Positions 16,920 through 26,834 of a stretch of DNA of 56,214 nt are shown in pieces; the first letter of the stretch is position 1; every line of letters starts with the position of its first letter. The notes beneath the pieces are model-generated. The model had not been told where the DNA came from. It made no database searches and saw nothing but the letters and a program-made list of their open reading frames with translations. The position numbers were made by a program, and so were the translations under genes. This DNA is from Burkholderiales bacterium (GTDB lineage: Bacteria > Pseudomonadota > Gammaproteobacteria > Burkholderiales > Burkholderiaceae_C): contig JANMSS010000027.1 in NCBI GenBank assembly GCA_031389585.1, positions 1 to 56,214 on the forward strand. Direction: 5' to 3'.

Positions 16920-16971
16920 ATGAAGCCCCTCGTTCGATAATCGATGCTACCAACGACAGGAGGTCTCTTTC

Positions 16972-17742
16972 ATGCTCAAGGGCAAAACCGCACTCGTCAC
17001 CGGCTCCACCAGCGGTATCGGACTGGGCATCGCCAAGGCGCTCGCGTCTCGGGGCGCCAACATCGTGCTCAACGGCTTTGGCGATGTCGACGCCGCCAAG
17101 CGCGAGTTCTCGGGCATCGACGTCAAGATTGACTACCACGCGGCCGACATGAGTCAGCCGGCGCAGATCGCCGACATGCTGGCCTACGCAGAGCGCACGA
17201 TGGGCGCGATCGACATCCTGGTCAACAACGCCGGCATCCAGTACGTGGCCAACATCGAGGACTTCCCGGTCGAGAAGTGGGACGCGATCATTGCCATCAA
17301 CCTGAGCTCGGCATTTCACACCACCCGCCTGGCGCTGCCCGGAATGCGCAAGCGCAACTGGGGGCGCATCCTCAACATCGCCTCAACGCATGGTCTGGTG
17401 GCCTCGGCCGCCAAGAGCGCTTATGTGGCCTCCAAGCATGGCCTGATCGGTCTGACCAAGGCTGTCGCACTGGAAACCGCGACCACTGGCGTCACCGTCA
17501 ACGCGATCTGCCCCGGTTGGGTGTTGACGCCCTTGGTGCAGTTGCAGGTCGACGCGCGGGCGGCGAAAGACGGCGTCGACGGTGAAGAGGCCAAACGTCG
17601 CCTGCTGGCTGAGAAGCAACCTTCGCTGCAGTTCACCACGCCGCAGCAGCTGGGCGAGATGGCGGTGTTCCTGTGCTCATCCGCGGCCGACAACATCCGT
17701 GGCGTCGCCTTTAACGTCGACGGCGGCTGGGCCGCGCAGTAA
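16972..17742 (+). CDS. bdhA: 3-hydroxybutyrate dehydrogenase (SDR family)
   Basis: TGSTSGIGLGIA cofactor motif, NNAGI and the YVASKHG catalytic YxxxK are present. Overall similarity to BdhA. AGGAGG lies 8 nt upstream of the ATG. Confidence 0.85.
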   Translation: MLKGKTALVTGSTSGIGLGIAKALASRGANIVLNGFGDVDAAKREFSGIDVKIDYHAADMSQPAQIADMLAYAERTMGAIDILVNNAGIQYVANIEDFPVEKWDAIIAINLSSAFHTTRLALPGMRKRNWGRILNIASTHGLVASAAKSAYVASKHGLIGLTKAVALETATTGVTVNAICPGWVLTPLVQLQVDARAAKDGVDGEEAKRRLLAEKQPSLQFTTPQQLGEMAVFLCSSAADNIRGVAFNVDGGWAAQ

Positions 17743-17758
17743 GGCGATCTCGGGGCTG

Positions 17759-18478
17759 TCACTTCGTCATCTGCGCCGAGCCGCTCACCGAGGCGGTGAC
17801 TTCCGCCTTGCCGGCTTCGGTGGGCAGGGCTTCATCAGCCACATCCGCGGCGCGCAGCGCCCGCATCTGCATCGGCGGCGGCTGGGCGTCGTTGGTCGAG
17901 ACGTTGACCTCGCGCACGACGTAGCCGCTGTAGCCGAATTGCTGGCTCATCTGCGCCGCCATGGCGCGCCAGCGTGCAATCGCCTGCGCGCTCACATCGG
18001 CCTCGACTTTTTCGCGCGCCTCGCGCGACAGCGTGTAGCCGACGCGGGCAATGGCCATGGTCTGGATGCGGCCTGTGAGCTGGGCGATCGCGGCAATGTC
18101 CTTGCCGCGGACGATCAGCTCCGTCGTGCCTTGCCAGCCGCTGATCACGGGCGGCGCGCCTTTGACGGGCGCTGCATAGCGCGGGTGCAGCGAGAAGTTG
18201 CCGGTCTGGACCTCGACCGTGGCAGGCTTGGCGATCTTGCGCGCTTCGACCAATGCCGCGTCGAGCGACTGCTTCAGCCCGCTTTGCACCGTCTGTGCGT
18301 CGCTGCCTTCGCGGGCGACGGTGAAGACCACCGTCAGCACGTCCTTGGTCACCTCGATGCTTGCCGAGCTATTAAGCGTAAGGACCCCGCTGGTCACGGG
18401 CGCGACTGACTGTGCTTGGACGCCCAGGCTGATCAATGCAGCCACCCAACCCAATGCCGCTGCGAATCTGACTTGCAT
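17759..18478 (-). CDS. SIMPL (DUF541) domain periplasmic protein
   Basis: Signal peptide MQVRFAAALGWVAALISLGVQA, then a SIMPL-like architecture (LNSSASIEV...V.FTV, C-terminal EAGKAEVTASVSGS). The ATG at 18478 is chosen and the longer track ORF is rejected. Confidence 0.65.
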   Translation of the reverse strand: MQVRFAAALGWVAALISLGVQAQSVAPVTSGVLTLNSSASIEVTKDVLTVVFTVAREGSDAQTVQSGLKQSLDAALVEARKIAKPATVEVQTGNFSLHPRYAAPVKGAPPVISGWQGTTELIVRGKDIAAIAQLTGRIQTMAIARVGYTLSREAREKVEADVSAQAIARWRAMAAQMSQQFGYSGYVVREVNVSTNDAQPPPMQMRALRAADVADEALPTEAGKAEVTASVSGSAQMTK

Positions 18479-18665
18479 GTGGATCCTTTCAATGACGACT
18501 ACTTGCGTCTTGGCAACGCCCCATGCACAGCGCAATGTGAACAACTGCCGTTGACAACCGGAACTGCGCATTTGCGCTCGAAAGACTTGTAACAGAGAAC
18601 CCAAAGACCGGTTTTCCGAGCGTAAAAGGCCCGTACCATGCGTCTGTTACAAGTTTGGAGCCCCT

Positions 18666-19400
18666 ATGAATGCCACCGCCAATGCCCGCCCTGACCGCGT
18701 GGTGGTCGTCGACGACGATGCCCGTATCCGCGACCTGCTGCGCCGCTACCTGACCCAGGAAGGGTTTGAGGTCCTGCTCGCTGAGGATGCCAAAGCCTTG
18801 AACCGGCTGCTGACCCGCGAAACGATCGACCTGATCGTGCTCGACCTGATGCTGCCCGGCGAAGACGGTCTGTCGATCTGCCGCCGCCTGCGCGCCGCCA
18901 ACGACACGACACCGATCATCATGCTGACGGCCAAGGTCGAGGATGTCGACCGCATCGTCGGCCTCGAAGTCGGCGCCGACGACTACCTGCCCAAGCCCTT
19001 CAACCCGCGCGAGTTGCTGGCGCGGATCCATGCCGTGCTGCGCCGCCGCCCGGCGATCGAAGCACCCGGCGCGCCGTCCAAGGACCAGCAGACCGTGACG
19101 TTCGGTCCGTTCGAGTTCGACCTCTCGCTGCGCCGACTGACCAAGGACGGCGAGCAGATGGCCCTGACCACCGGCGAATTCTCGATGCTCAAGGCGCTGG
19201 TGCGCCACCCGCGCCAGCCGCTGTCGCGCGACAAGCTGGCGCAGTTGGCCCGCGGCCGCGAGTTCGAGCCCTTCGATCGCAGCCTGGACGTGCAGATCTC
19301 GCGGCTGCGCAAGATGATCGAGGCCGACCCGGCGCAGCCACGCTACATCCAGACCGTCTGGGGCGTCGGCTATGTGTTCGTGCCCGATGGCACGAGTTGA
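18666..19400 (+). CDS. ompR: OmpR-family response regulator
   Basis: Receiver domain (VVVDDD, DLIVLDLMLPGEDG, KPF) plus a winged-helix output (TTGEFSMLKALV...IQTVWGVGYVF). GGAG lies upstream of the ATG. Confidence 0.9.
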   Translation: MNATANARPDRVVVVDDDARIRDLLRRYLTQEGFEVLLAEDAKALNRLLTRETIDLIVLDLMLPGEDGLSICRRLRAANDTTPIIMLTAKVEDVDRIVGLEVGADDYLPKPFNPRELLARIHAVLRRRPAIEAPGAPSKDQQTVTFGPFEFDLSLRRLTKDGEQMALTTGEFSMLKALVRHPRQPLSRDKLAQLARGREFEPFDRSLDVQISRLRKMIEADPAQPRYIQTVWGVGYVFVPDGTS

Positions 19401-19532
19401 ATGACGACGCCGGAGCGCCCGCCACTTCACGGCCTGTGCGCTTCGCTCCCCGCCGGAGCTGGCAAGCGGGCTTAGAGGCGGCCCGGCACCCACTCGCTGT
19501 CCTTGTCGCCCGCTGATGCAACACTGCGCCCC

Positions 19533-20861
19533 ATGCCTCGTGCTTCCGTCGGCCTAAGCCTCTTCTCACGCACCTTCTTCTTGCTCGCACTGCTGCTGGC
19601 GGGTGGCATCTTCGCCTGGGTGCAGACGCTGCGCGCGCTTGAGCTCGAGCCGCGCGCGGTGCAGGCGGCGCAGCAGATTGCGAGCCTGGTCAACCTGTCG
19701 CGGGCGGCATTGCGCTACTCGGACAGCATCAACCGAGTCGCGGTCGTGAAGACGATGACCGACCAGGAGTCGATGCGCGTCCTGCCACGGGAACCCGGCG
19801 ACCGCTGGGAGCCCTTCGAGGTCGACCGTTTCACACGGCGCGTTGGCGCCGAATTGCGCTCGCGTCTGCAGGCCGACACAGTGATTGCCCGCGCCGTCAA
19901 CAGCCAACCGGGGCTGTGGGTCGGCTTCAATATCGAGCAAGATCCCTACTGGCTGCAGGCCGATGCGACACGGGTCGTGCCACTGACCCCGGGCACCTGG
20001 TTCGTGTGGGTGGGTATCGCGCTGCTGGCCACGCTGGTCGGCTCGATCTCGATCGCGCGACTGATCAATCAACCGCTGCGCGAGCTGAGCTTTGCCGCCA
20101 GCCGCATTCGCGAGGGCGAGTTCGATTCGGTGCTCGACGAGAACACCCTGACCAGCGAGATTCGCGAGGTCAACATGGGCTTCAACCGCATGGCCCGCGA
20201 GCTGGCCAAGGTCGAAGAAGACCGCGCCGTGATGCTGGCCGGCATCAGCCACGATCTGCGCACACCGCTGGCACGATTGCGCTTGGAAGCCGAGATGAGC
20301 GTCAATGACGAAGAGGCGCGGCAGAACATGGCGCTGGATATCGAGCAGCTCGACGGCATCATCGACAAGTTCATGGATTACGCCCGGCCTGGCGACGCCA
20401 AGCTGGTGCCGGTGCACCTGTCGCCGCTGGTCGACAAGGAGGCCGCGACCTTCCGCGACCCGCGCGAGATTCTCATCACGTCCAAGGTGGCCATCGACTT
20501 GCGCGTCATGGCCGACGAAGTCGAGTTCGGCCGCGTCCTGGGCAATCTGTTCGAAAACGCGCGCCGCTACGGTCGCAGCACCGACACCGGAATTGCCATG
20601 GTCTCGGTGAGCTATGCGCGATCGGGTCCGTGGGTCATCGTCAGTGTGCGCGACCATGGGCCCGGCGTCGCGCCCGAGAAGCTGGCCCAGTTGACGACGC
20701 CGTTTTACCGCGGCGACGCCGCGCGCACCGCGGCCACTGGTGCCGGCCTGGGCCTGGCGATCGTCGAGAAGGCCATGCAGCGCATGGGCGGCCAGTTCGA
20801 GATCGACAACGCACCCGATGGCGGCCTGGTGGCGCACCTGCGGTTGAAGCGCGCGCCCTGA
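19533..20861 (+). CDS. envZ: EnvZ-like osmosensor histidine kinase
   Basis: Two TM segments, a HAMP domain, an H-box (AGISHDLRTPLARLRLE), an N-box (LGNLFENARRYG) and a G-box (GAGLGLAIV). The ATG at 19533 (MPRASVGLSLFSRTFFLL) is preferred to the TTG at 19503. Confidence 0.85.
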   Translation: MPRASVGLSLFSRTFFLLALLLAGGIFAWVQTLRALELEPRAVQAAQQIASLVNLSRAALRYSDSINRVAVVKTMTDQESMRVLPREPGDRWEPFEVDRFTRRVGAELRSRLQADTVIARAVNSQPGLWVGFNIEQDPYWLQADATRVVPLTPGTWFVWVGIALLATLVGSISIARLINQPLRELSFAASRIREGEFDSVLDENTLTSEIREVNMGFNRMARELAKVEEDRAVMLAGISHDLRTPLARLRLEAEMSVNDEEARQNMALDIEQLDGIIDKFMDYARPGDAKLVPVHLSPLVDKEAATFRDPREILITSKVAIDLRVMADEVEFGRVLGNLFENARRYGRSTDTGIAMVSVSYARSGPWVIVSVRDHGPGVAPEKLAQLTTPFYRGDAARTAATGAGLGLAIVEKAMQRMGGQFEIDNAPDGGLVAHLRLKRAP

Positions 20862-20862
20862 A

Positions 20863-21357
20863 TCAGCGCTTGGACAGCAGACAGACGGCACGCGCTTCAA
20901 TCGCACGGCCTTCACCCACCGGGCCCATCTTCTCGGCCGTTTTGGCCTTGACGTTGACCTGATCGAGCGCAACGCCGAGCACGGCAGCCAGTCTTGCGCG
21001 CATGGCGTCGATGAATGGCGCGAGCTTTGGCGCCTGTGCAATCACCGTGCTGTCGATATTGGCGATCTCGTAGCCGGCGGCGCGCACGCGACTCGCCGCT
21101 TGCGCCAGCAAGCCCATCGAGTCGGCGCCTGCAAAGGCGGCGTCGGTATCGGGAAAGTGCCACCCGATGTCGCCGAGCGCGGCGGCGCCGAACAGGGCAT
21201 CGGTGATCGCATGGGCCAGCGCATCGGCATCGGAATGCCCGTCAAGGCCCAGGGGGTGCGGGATCGTCACGCCGCCCAGCACCAGCGGCCTGCCGGCCAC
21301 CAGCGCATGGGTGTCCCAGCCTTCGCCAATGCGCAGTGAGATCGTTGCAGCGGTCAT
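20863..21357 (-). CDS. ispF: 2-C-methyl-D-erythritol 2,4-cyclodiphosphate synthase
   Basis: [42 protein letters not shown] and AQAPKLAP are canonical IspF motifs. 164 aa. Confidence 0.92.
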   Translation of the reverse strand: MTAATISLRIGEGWDTHALVAGRPLVLGGVTIPHPLGLDGHSDADALAHAITDALFGAAALGDIGWHFPDTDAAFAGADSMGLLAQAASRVRAAGYEIANIDSTVIAQAPKLAPFIDAMRARLAAVLGVALDQVNVKAKTAEKMGPVGEGRAIEARAVCLLSKR

Positions 21358-21387
21358 GGCCCGGCAGTGTACGGGGCGGCGTGCGCG

Positions 21388-22590
21388 CTATTCGGCGCGC
21401 AACGCGTTGACCGGGTCGAGCAAAGAGGCACGGCGCGCCGGCAAGACACCCGCCACCAGCCCGATCAGCATCGACCCGGCCACGGCCGCCGCCACGAAGG
21501 CCGCTGGCGTATGCACCGGCAGGCCGGGCAGCACCAGCGTCAACAGCTGCGCAGTGCCCGCGCCCACCAGCACGCCGAGCGTCCCTCCAAGCGCCGAGAG
21601 CACGACGGCCTCGGCCAGGAACAGCGCCAGCACCGAGCTGCGCCGCGCCCCCAGGGCCATCAGCAGGCCGATTTCGGCGGTGCGTTCGGTCACGGCGATG
21701 GTCATGATGGTGACGATGCCCACGCCGCCGACCAACAGCGAAATGCTGCCCAGCGCGCCCACGGCCAGGGTCAGAATGTCCAGGATGTTCGACAGCGTGC
21801 GCAACATGTCCTCTTGCGTCACCACGGTGAAATCCTCCCTGCCGTGGCGCGCCGAGAGGATCGACTTGACTCCCGCGACCACGCCGGCCGCAGCCAGGTT
21901 CTCGCGGTAGATGACGTTGATCTCCTGCAGGCTGGGGCGGTTGAACAGCTCGAGCGCGCGCGTCGCCGGAATGTAGGCCGTATCGTCGATGTCGATGCCC
22001 AGGAACTGGCCGCGTGACTCGAGCACGCCGATCACGCGCATCTGCTCACCGCCGATCCGCACCCGCTGGCCCAGCGGATTGGCGGTGCCGAAGAGTTCGT
22101 GTCTCAAGGTCGAGCCGAGGACGACAAAGGAGCGTGCGCCGTCGCTGTCGTCGGTCGGTAGGAACTGGCCCGCCCGCACCTGCATGCGAAACGCGGCCAC
22201 GAAGTCGGTGGTGGTGCCGAACACGGTGGTGCGCCGCACGCGCCCTTCGGCGGCGATCTCGGCGTTGCCGGCGACCATCGGCACCACGCCGACCAGTCCG
22301 GGCATGCGCGCCAGGGCCCGCGCATCGTCCAACGTCAAGGGGCGCACCGAGGACGGAAAGCCGGGATTGATGCCACCGGTGCTGGTCTTGCCGGGCGTGA
22401 CCTTGATGACATGGGTGCCGAACTGCGAGAACTCGGCCAGCACGAAGCGGTGCAGACCCTCGCCGATCGAGCTGAGCAGGATCACCGCGGCGATGCCGAC
22501 CGCGATCCCGAGCAGAGTGAGGAAGCTACGCAGGCGCCCGGCGATCAGCGATCGCAGCGCGAGATTGACGGTGTCCGGCCAGCGCAGCAT
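21388..22590 (-). CDS. ABC transporter permease, MacB/LolC-like (FtsX domain), permease B
   Basis: N-terminal TM (LRSFLTLLGIAVGIAAVI), a large periplasmic domain, and three C-terminal TM segments with the FtsX signature (TERTAEIGLLMALGARR). It is a paralog of the upstream permease. Confidence 0.8.
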   Translation of the reverse strand: MLRWPDTVNLALRSLIAGRLRSFLTLLGIAVGIAAVILLSSIGEGLHRFVLAEFSQFGTHVIKVTPGKTSTGGINPGFPSSVRPLTLDDARALARMPGLVGVVPMVAGNAEIAAEGRVRRTTVFGTTTDFVAAFRMQVRAGQFLPTDDSDGARSFVVLGSTLRHELFGTANPLGQRVRIGGEQMRVIGVLESRGQFLGIDIDDTAYIPATRALELFNRPSLQEINVIYRENLAAAGVVAGVKSILSARHGREDFTVVTQEDMLRTLSNILDILTLAVGALGSISLLVGGVGIVTIMTIAVTERTAEIGLLMALGARRSSVLALFLAEAVVLSALGGTLGVLVGAGTAQLLTLVLPGLPVHTPAAFVAAAVAGSMLIGLVAGVLPARRASLLDPVNALRAE

Positions 22591-22606
22591 CGATCGCAGC
22601 TCCGCT

Positions 22607-23814
22607 CTAGTGCCGGGCCAGCGCCGTCACAGGGTCGAGCGCCGCCGCACGCCGCGCCGGCATGACGCCGAAGACCACACCCGTCATCAGCGCCGTAATC
22701 AGCGCGGCGACGACGGCCCAGGTCGGCGGGTACGCCGGAAACACCGGATACAGGATGCGGATCAGCAATGCGCCGGCGTGCCCCAGGCCATAACCCACCA
22801 GCGCGCCGGCCAGCGAGAGCATCACCGCCTCGGCCAGGAAGGCTTGGCGAATCGTCGCCGCGGTCGCGCCGAGCGCCTTGAGCAGACCGATCTCGGCCGT
22901 GCGCTGCGTCACCGAGACCAGCATCACGTTCATCACCAGGATGCCGGCCACGGCCAGGCTGATGGCCGCGATGCCCGCCACGGCCAGGGTCAGTGCGCCC
23001 AGCACACGGTCGAAGGTGCCGAGCACGGCGTCCTGCGTGATCACGGTGACGTCGGCCTCGCCATCGTGGCGAGCGGCGATGATCCGCGTCACTTCGCTCT
23101 TCACGCCGGGCACCGCGGCACGGCTGTGGGCTTCGATCAAGACCCGGAACAAGCTCCGCGTGTTAAACATCGACAGCGCCAACGAGACCGGCACGAACAC
23201 GACGTCGTCGGCATTGATGCCCAAACCCTGCCCGCTCGAGGCCAGGACGCCGCTGACGCGAAAGCGCCGATCTCCGATGCGCAGCGTGCGTCCAATCGCC
23301 GGCTCAGCCCCAAACAACTCGCGGCGCAGCGTGGCACCGAGCACCACCTCGGGCGCGCCGCGGGTCCAGTCGCCTTCGGGCAAGAAACGGCCCTGCGCCA
23401 GTGGCAACTGACGCAGCTCGATGTACTCCGCGCTGGTACCGACCACCGTGGCTTCGCGCAAGCGGCCGCCGACGTTGACTTCGGACAGGCCGATCACCAA
23501 AGGCGCCACGCGCTTGACACCGCGCGCCCGCAGCAGCGCCTGCGCGTCCTCGATGCTGAGGTCCCGTGTGGTGCTGGTAATGGCATTGGCCGGGTTAAAG
23601 CCACCCGTCTGGGAGCGGCCCGGCAACACGATCACCAGGTTGCTGCCCAGCGACAGGAACTGGTCGAGCACATAGCGCCGCGCACCGTCGCCCAGGGCCG
23701 TCAGCACCACCACGGCGGCGACGCCGATGGCCATCGCCAGCATCAGCAGCGCCGTGCGCAACGGGTTGCCCAGTGCGGCATCGCGCGCGAAGGAGAGCAC
23801 GTCACGGTTGCGCA

Positions 23815-23818
<4 letters not shown>
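22607..23818 (-). CDS. ABC transporter permease, MacB/LolC-like (FtsX domain), permease A
   Basis: Same architecture as permease B (TQRTAEIGLLKALGATA). The GTG at 23818 overlaps the ATPase stop. The ATG at 23815 is an alternative start (TGATG). Confidence 0.8.
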
Positions 23819-24569
<751 letters not shown>

Positions 24570-24573
<4 letters not shown>

Positions 24574-25736
24574 TTGGCGACAGCGGGATCTGCGATCGCG
24601 CGCACGCTGGCCTTGACGCCTTCGCGCTCGAGCGAGGTCACGATGCGCTCGCCCCCGCTCAGGCCTTCGATGACCTCAGTGTGCTGCCAGTTGCTCAGCC
24701 CGGTCTTGAGCTTGCGCTCGACCAGCCTGCCACCGTCAAGCAGCAGCACCCGCGAGCTTTCGAGCAGCGCGGCAGTGGGTACGCGCAGGACACTATCGCG
24801 CACTTCGAGAATGACTTCGGTGTCGGCGCTGTAGCCCACCAGCAGCGGGCCGGCCTGGGCGGGATCGTCGAAGGTGGCTTCGATGTCCACCGTGCGCGCC
24901 TGCTTCTCCAGGGCGCTGACATAGGGCGCGATGCGCTTGATGCGGCCAGCAAAGCTGCGCCCGGGCAGCGCGTCGATCGTGATCCGCACTGGCATCCCCG
25001 TCTTCAGGCGCGGCGCATCGACCTCGTCCAGCGGCGCCTTCACGTACAGACAGGAGTCGTCGATCAGGTCGATCGCCGGCGGTGTCGGCACGCCCGGGGG
25101 CGAGGGTGTGGAGTACTCGCCGACCTCGCCGACGATGCGGGCGATCGTGCCGGCGAAAGGCGCCACCAGGACCATGCGGCGCTGCTCGATGCGCGTCAAT
25201 GCCAGCCGCGCCTGCGACTGTGTCACGTCAGCATGGGCGGTCTCGCAGGCCGCCGCCCTCACGCTGGCCTCGCTGCGTGCCGCGTCCTCGCGCGCGATCG
25301 AGACAAACTCCTGCAGGCGCAATGCGCTCTGGCGCACAGCCTCGCGCGCGGCGGCAGCGGCCATCGTGCAAGCCTCGGCCTCGCGCTTGCGTGCCGTGTC
25401 GACAATCGCAGCGGCGACCACCTGCTGGCCCTGCTGATCGTCGTCCCACAGCTTCATCAGCAGCTGGCCCTTGCGCACCCTGTCGCCCTCTTTCACCGCG
25501 AGCAACTCGATGCGGCCGCCAGCCATGGTCGACAGACGGGTGCGCTGGCAGGCCTCGACAGTGCCGGCCCTCGTGTTGGCAATCGTGGCTTCGACCTTGC
25601 CGCGGCCGACCTCGGCCACCACCACAAGCACCGGCGTGGGCCGAGTCAGCCACGCAAGGGCAGCCACCGCTGCGGCGATCAGCAGCAGCGCGATCAGGCT
25701 GCGGCGCAGCCAGGGACGTTGGGTTTTGGGGGTCAT
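24570..25736 (-). CDS. HlyD/MacA-family periplasmic adaptor subunit
   Basis: N-terminal TM anchor (LIALLLIAAAVAALAWL), a lipoyl/barrel-sandwich motif (GGRIELLAVKEGDRVRKGQLLMKL), a coiled-coil hairpin and a beta-barrel C-terminus. The ATG at 25736 overlaps the ispD stop (ATGA). Confidence 0.8.
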
Positions 25737-26806
25737 GGTTGGCCAGGTGTGTTCTCGGCAATGCGCCACAGCACACCGGTCGGATCGATCAGGGTCATGT
25801 CGCGCAGGCCCCAGGGGCGCAGTTCAGCGGCCGAGGCACGCACGCCATGGGCTGCGTACTCAGACGCGACGCGCGCGCCCGCGTCGACCCATGACTTGAG
25901 GTCATCGACCCTCAGGTGCATGACGAAATTGTCGGCATGGGCGGCCACATAGAAGTTCTGCAAAAAGAAGGCCAAGCGGCCACGCCGCAGCAGGGCCAAT
26001 TGGCCGTCGTTGAAGTCGGCGACAAAACCGAGGTCGCCGTAAAAGCGCAGTGAAAGCTCGAAGTCGCGCGCCGGCACGAAGGCCTTGACTTCCTCAGCCG
26101 GACTCAGCAAGCGCTCGGCGAGCGCAAAGTCGGCGGGCCAGGTGAGCTTGAAATTGTCGGGCTCACCGCGCACGAGTTTCGGCGAGTACCCCAGCGCCTC
26201 GACCGCGCTGGCTTCGTCGGTCACTTTGTCGCCGGCATGGGCCAAGGCGTCGCGCAACAGGCCCAGGCGGAACATCTGCGGCGTCTGCGCGATCCACTTG
26301 CCGCTGCGCTCAACCGTGGTTGCGACGCGGCAACCCGCGTCGGCCTGCTTCAGCGTATCGGCCAACGGCAGCGCCAGCAGGCCACCGATGTCATCGTCCA
26401 CGCACGCGTCGATCAGCCGATCGATCGACTCCGACCGCACCAGGCAGCGCGCTGCGTCATGCACCAGCACCCAGTCGCGGGCCCGTGCACCTCGTGCGGC
26501 CAGCGCGTCCAAACCCGCCGCCACACTGGCCGAACGCGTGGCGCCGCCGCAGCGGTCGACCCAGGCTCGCGGACCCAAAAACCGCGGCGCGGCAGCGCCG
26601 AACTGCGTGTCGCCGGGTGCGAGCACGACCAGCGTGGCCGCCAGCCGCGATACGCCCGCGAGCGCTTCGAGCGTGTGCGCCACCACTGTGCGGCCGGCCA
26701 GACTGACATATTGCTTGGGACCGTCGGTGCCGGCGCGCAGCCCGGCTCCGGCACAGGGCACCAGCGCATAACAGGTCGTGCGGTCGGCATCGGCGGCAAT
26801 GGACAT
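25733..26806 (-). CDS. ispD: IspD (2-C-methyl-D-erythritol 4-phosphate cytidylyltransferase) fused to a C-terminal VOC (glyoxalase/bleomycin-resistance) domain
   Basis: The IspD part contains ALVPCAGAGLRAG, KQY, VLVHDAARC, AQTPQMF and VTDEASAVE, and ends at the normal C-terminus (KLTWPADFALAERLL). The frame then continues without a stop for about 120 aa (KAFVPARDFELSLRFYGDLGF...LRVDDL...PWGLRDMTLIDPTGVLWRI), which looks like a VOC fold. The ATG at 26806 is preferred; alternative starts lie at 26836 and 26872. Confidence 0.8.
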   Translation of the reverse strand: MSIAADADRTTCYALVPCAGAGLRAGTDGPKQYVSLAGRTVVAHTLEALAGVSRLAATLVVLAPGDTQFGAAAPRFLGPRAWVDRCGGATRSASVAAGLDALAARGARARDWVLVHDAARCLVRSESIDRLIDACVDDDIGGLLALPLADTLKQADAGCRVATTVERSGKWIAQTPQMFRLGLLRDALAHAGDKVTDEASAVEALGYSPKLVRGEPDNFKLTWPADFALAERLLSPAEEVKAFVPARDFELSLRFYGDLGFVADFNDGQLALLRRGRLAFFLQNFYVAAHADNFVMHLRVDDLKSWVDAGARVASEYAAHGVRASAAELRPWGLRDMTLIDPTGVLWRIAENTPGQP

Positions 26807-26834
26807 TGGCCTCGATTCTAGAATCCGCGCCTTC

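Noticed and set aside
19401-19532. A 132-nt gap between ompR and envZ, examined for a small ORF or structured RNA. In E. coli the two genes overlap.
   Set aside because: Only weak 5-bp stems are present, with no ORF carrying an RBS. The TTG at 19503 may simply extend envZ. Nothing is specific enough to report.
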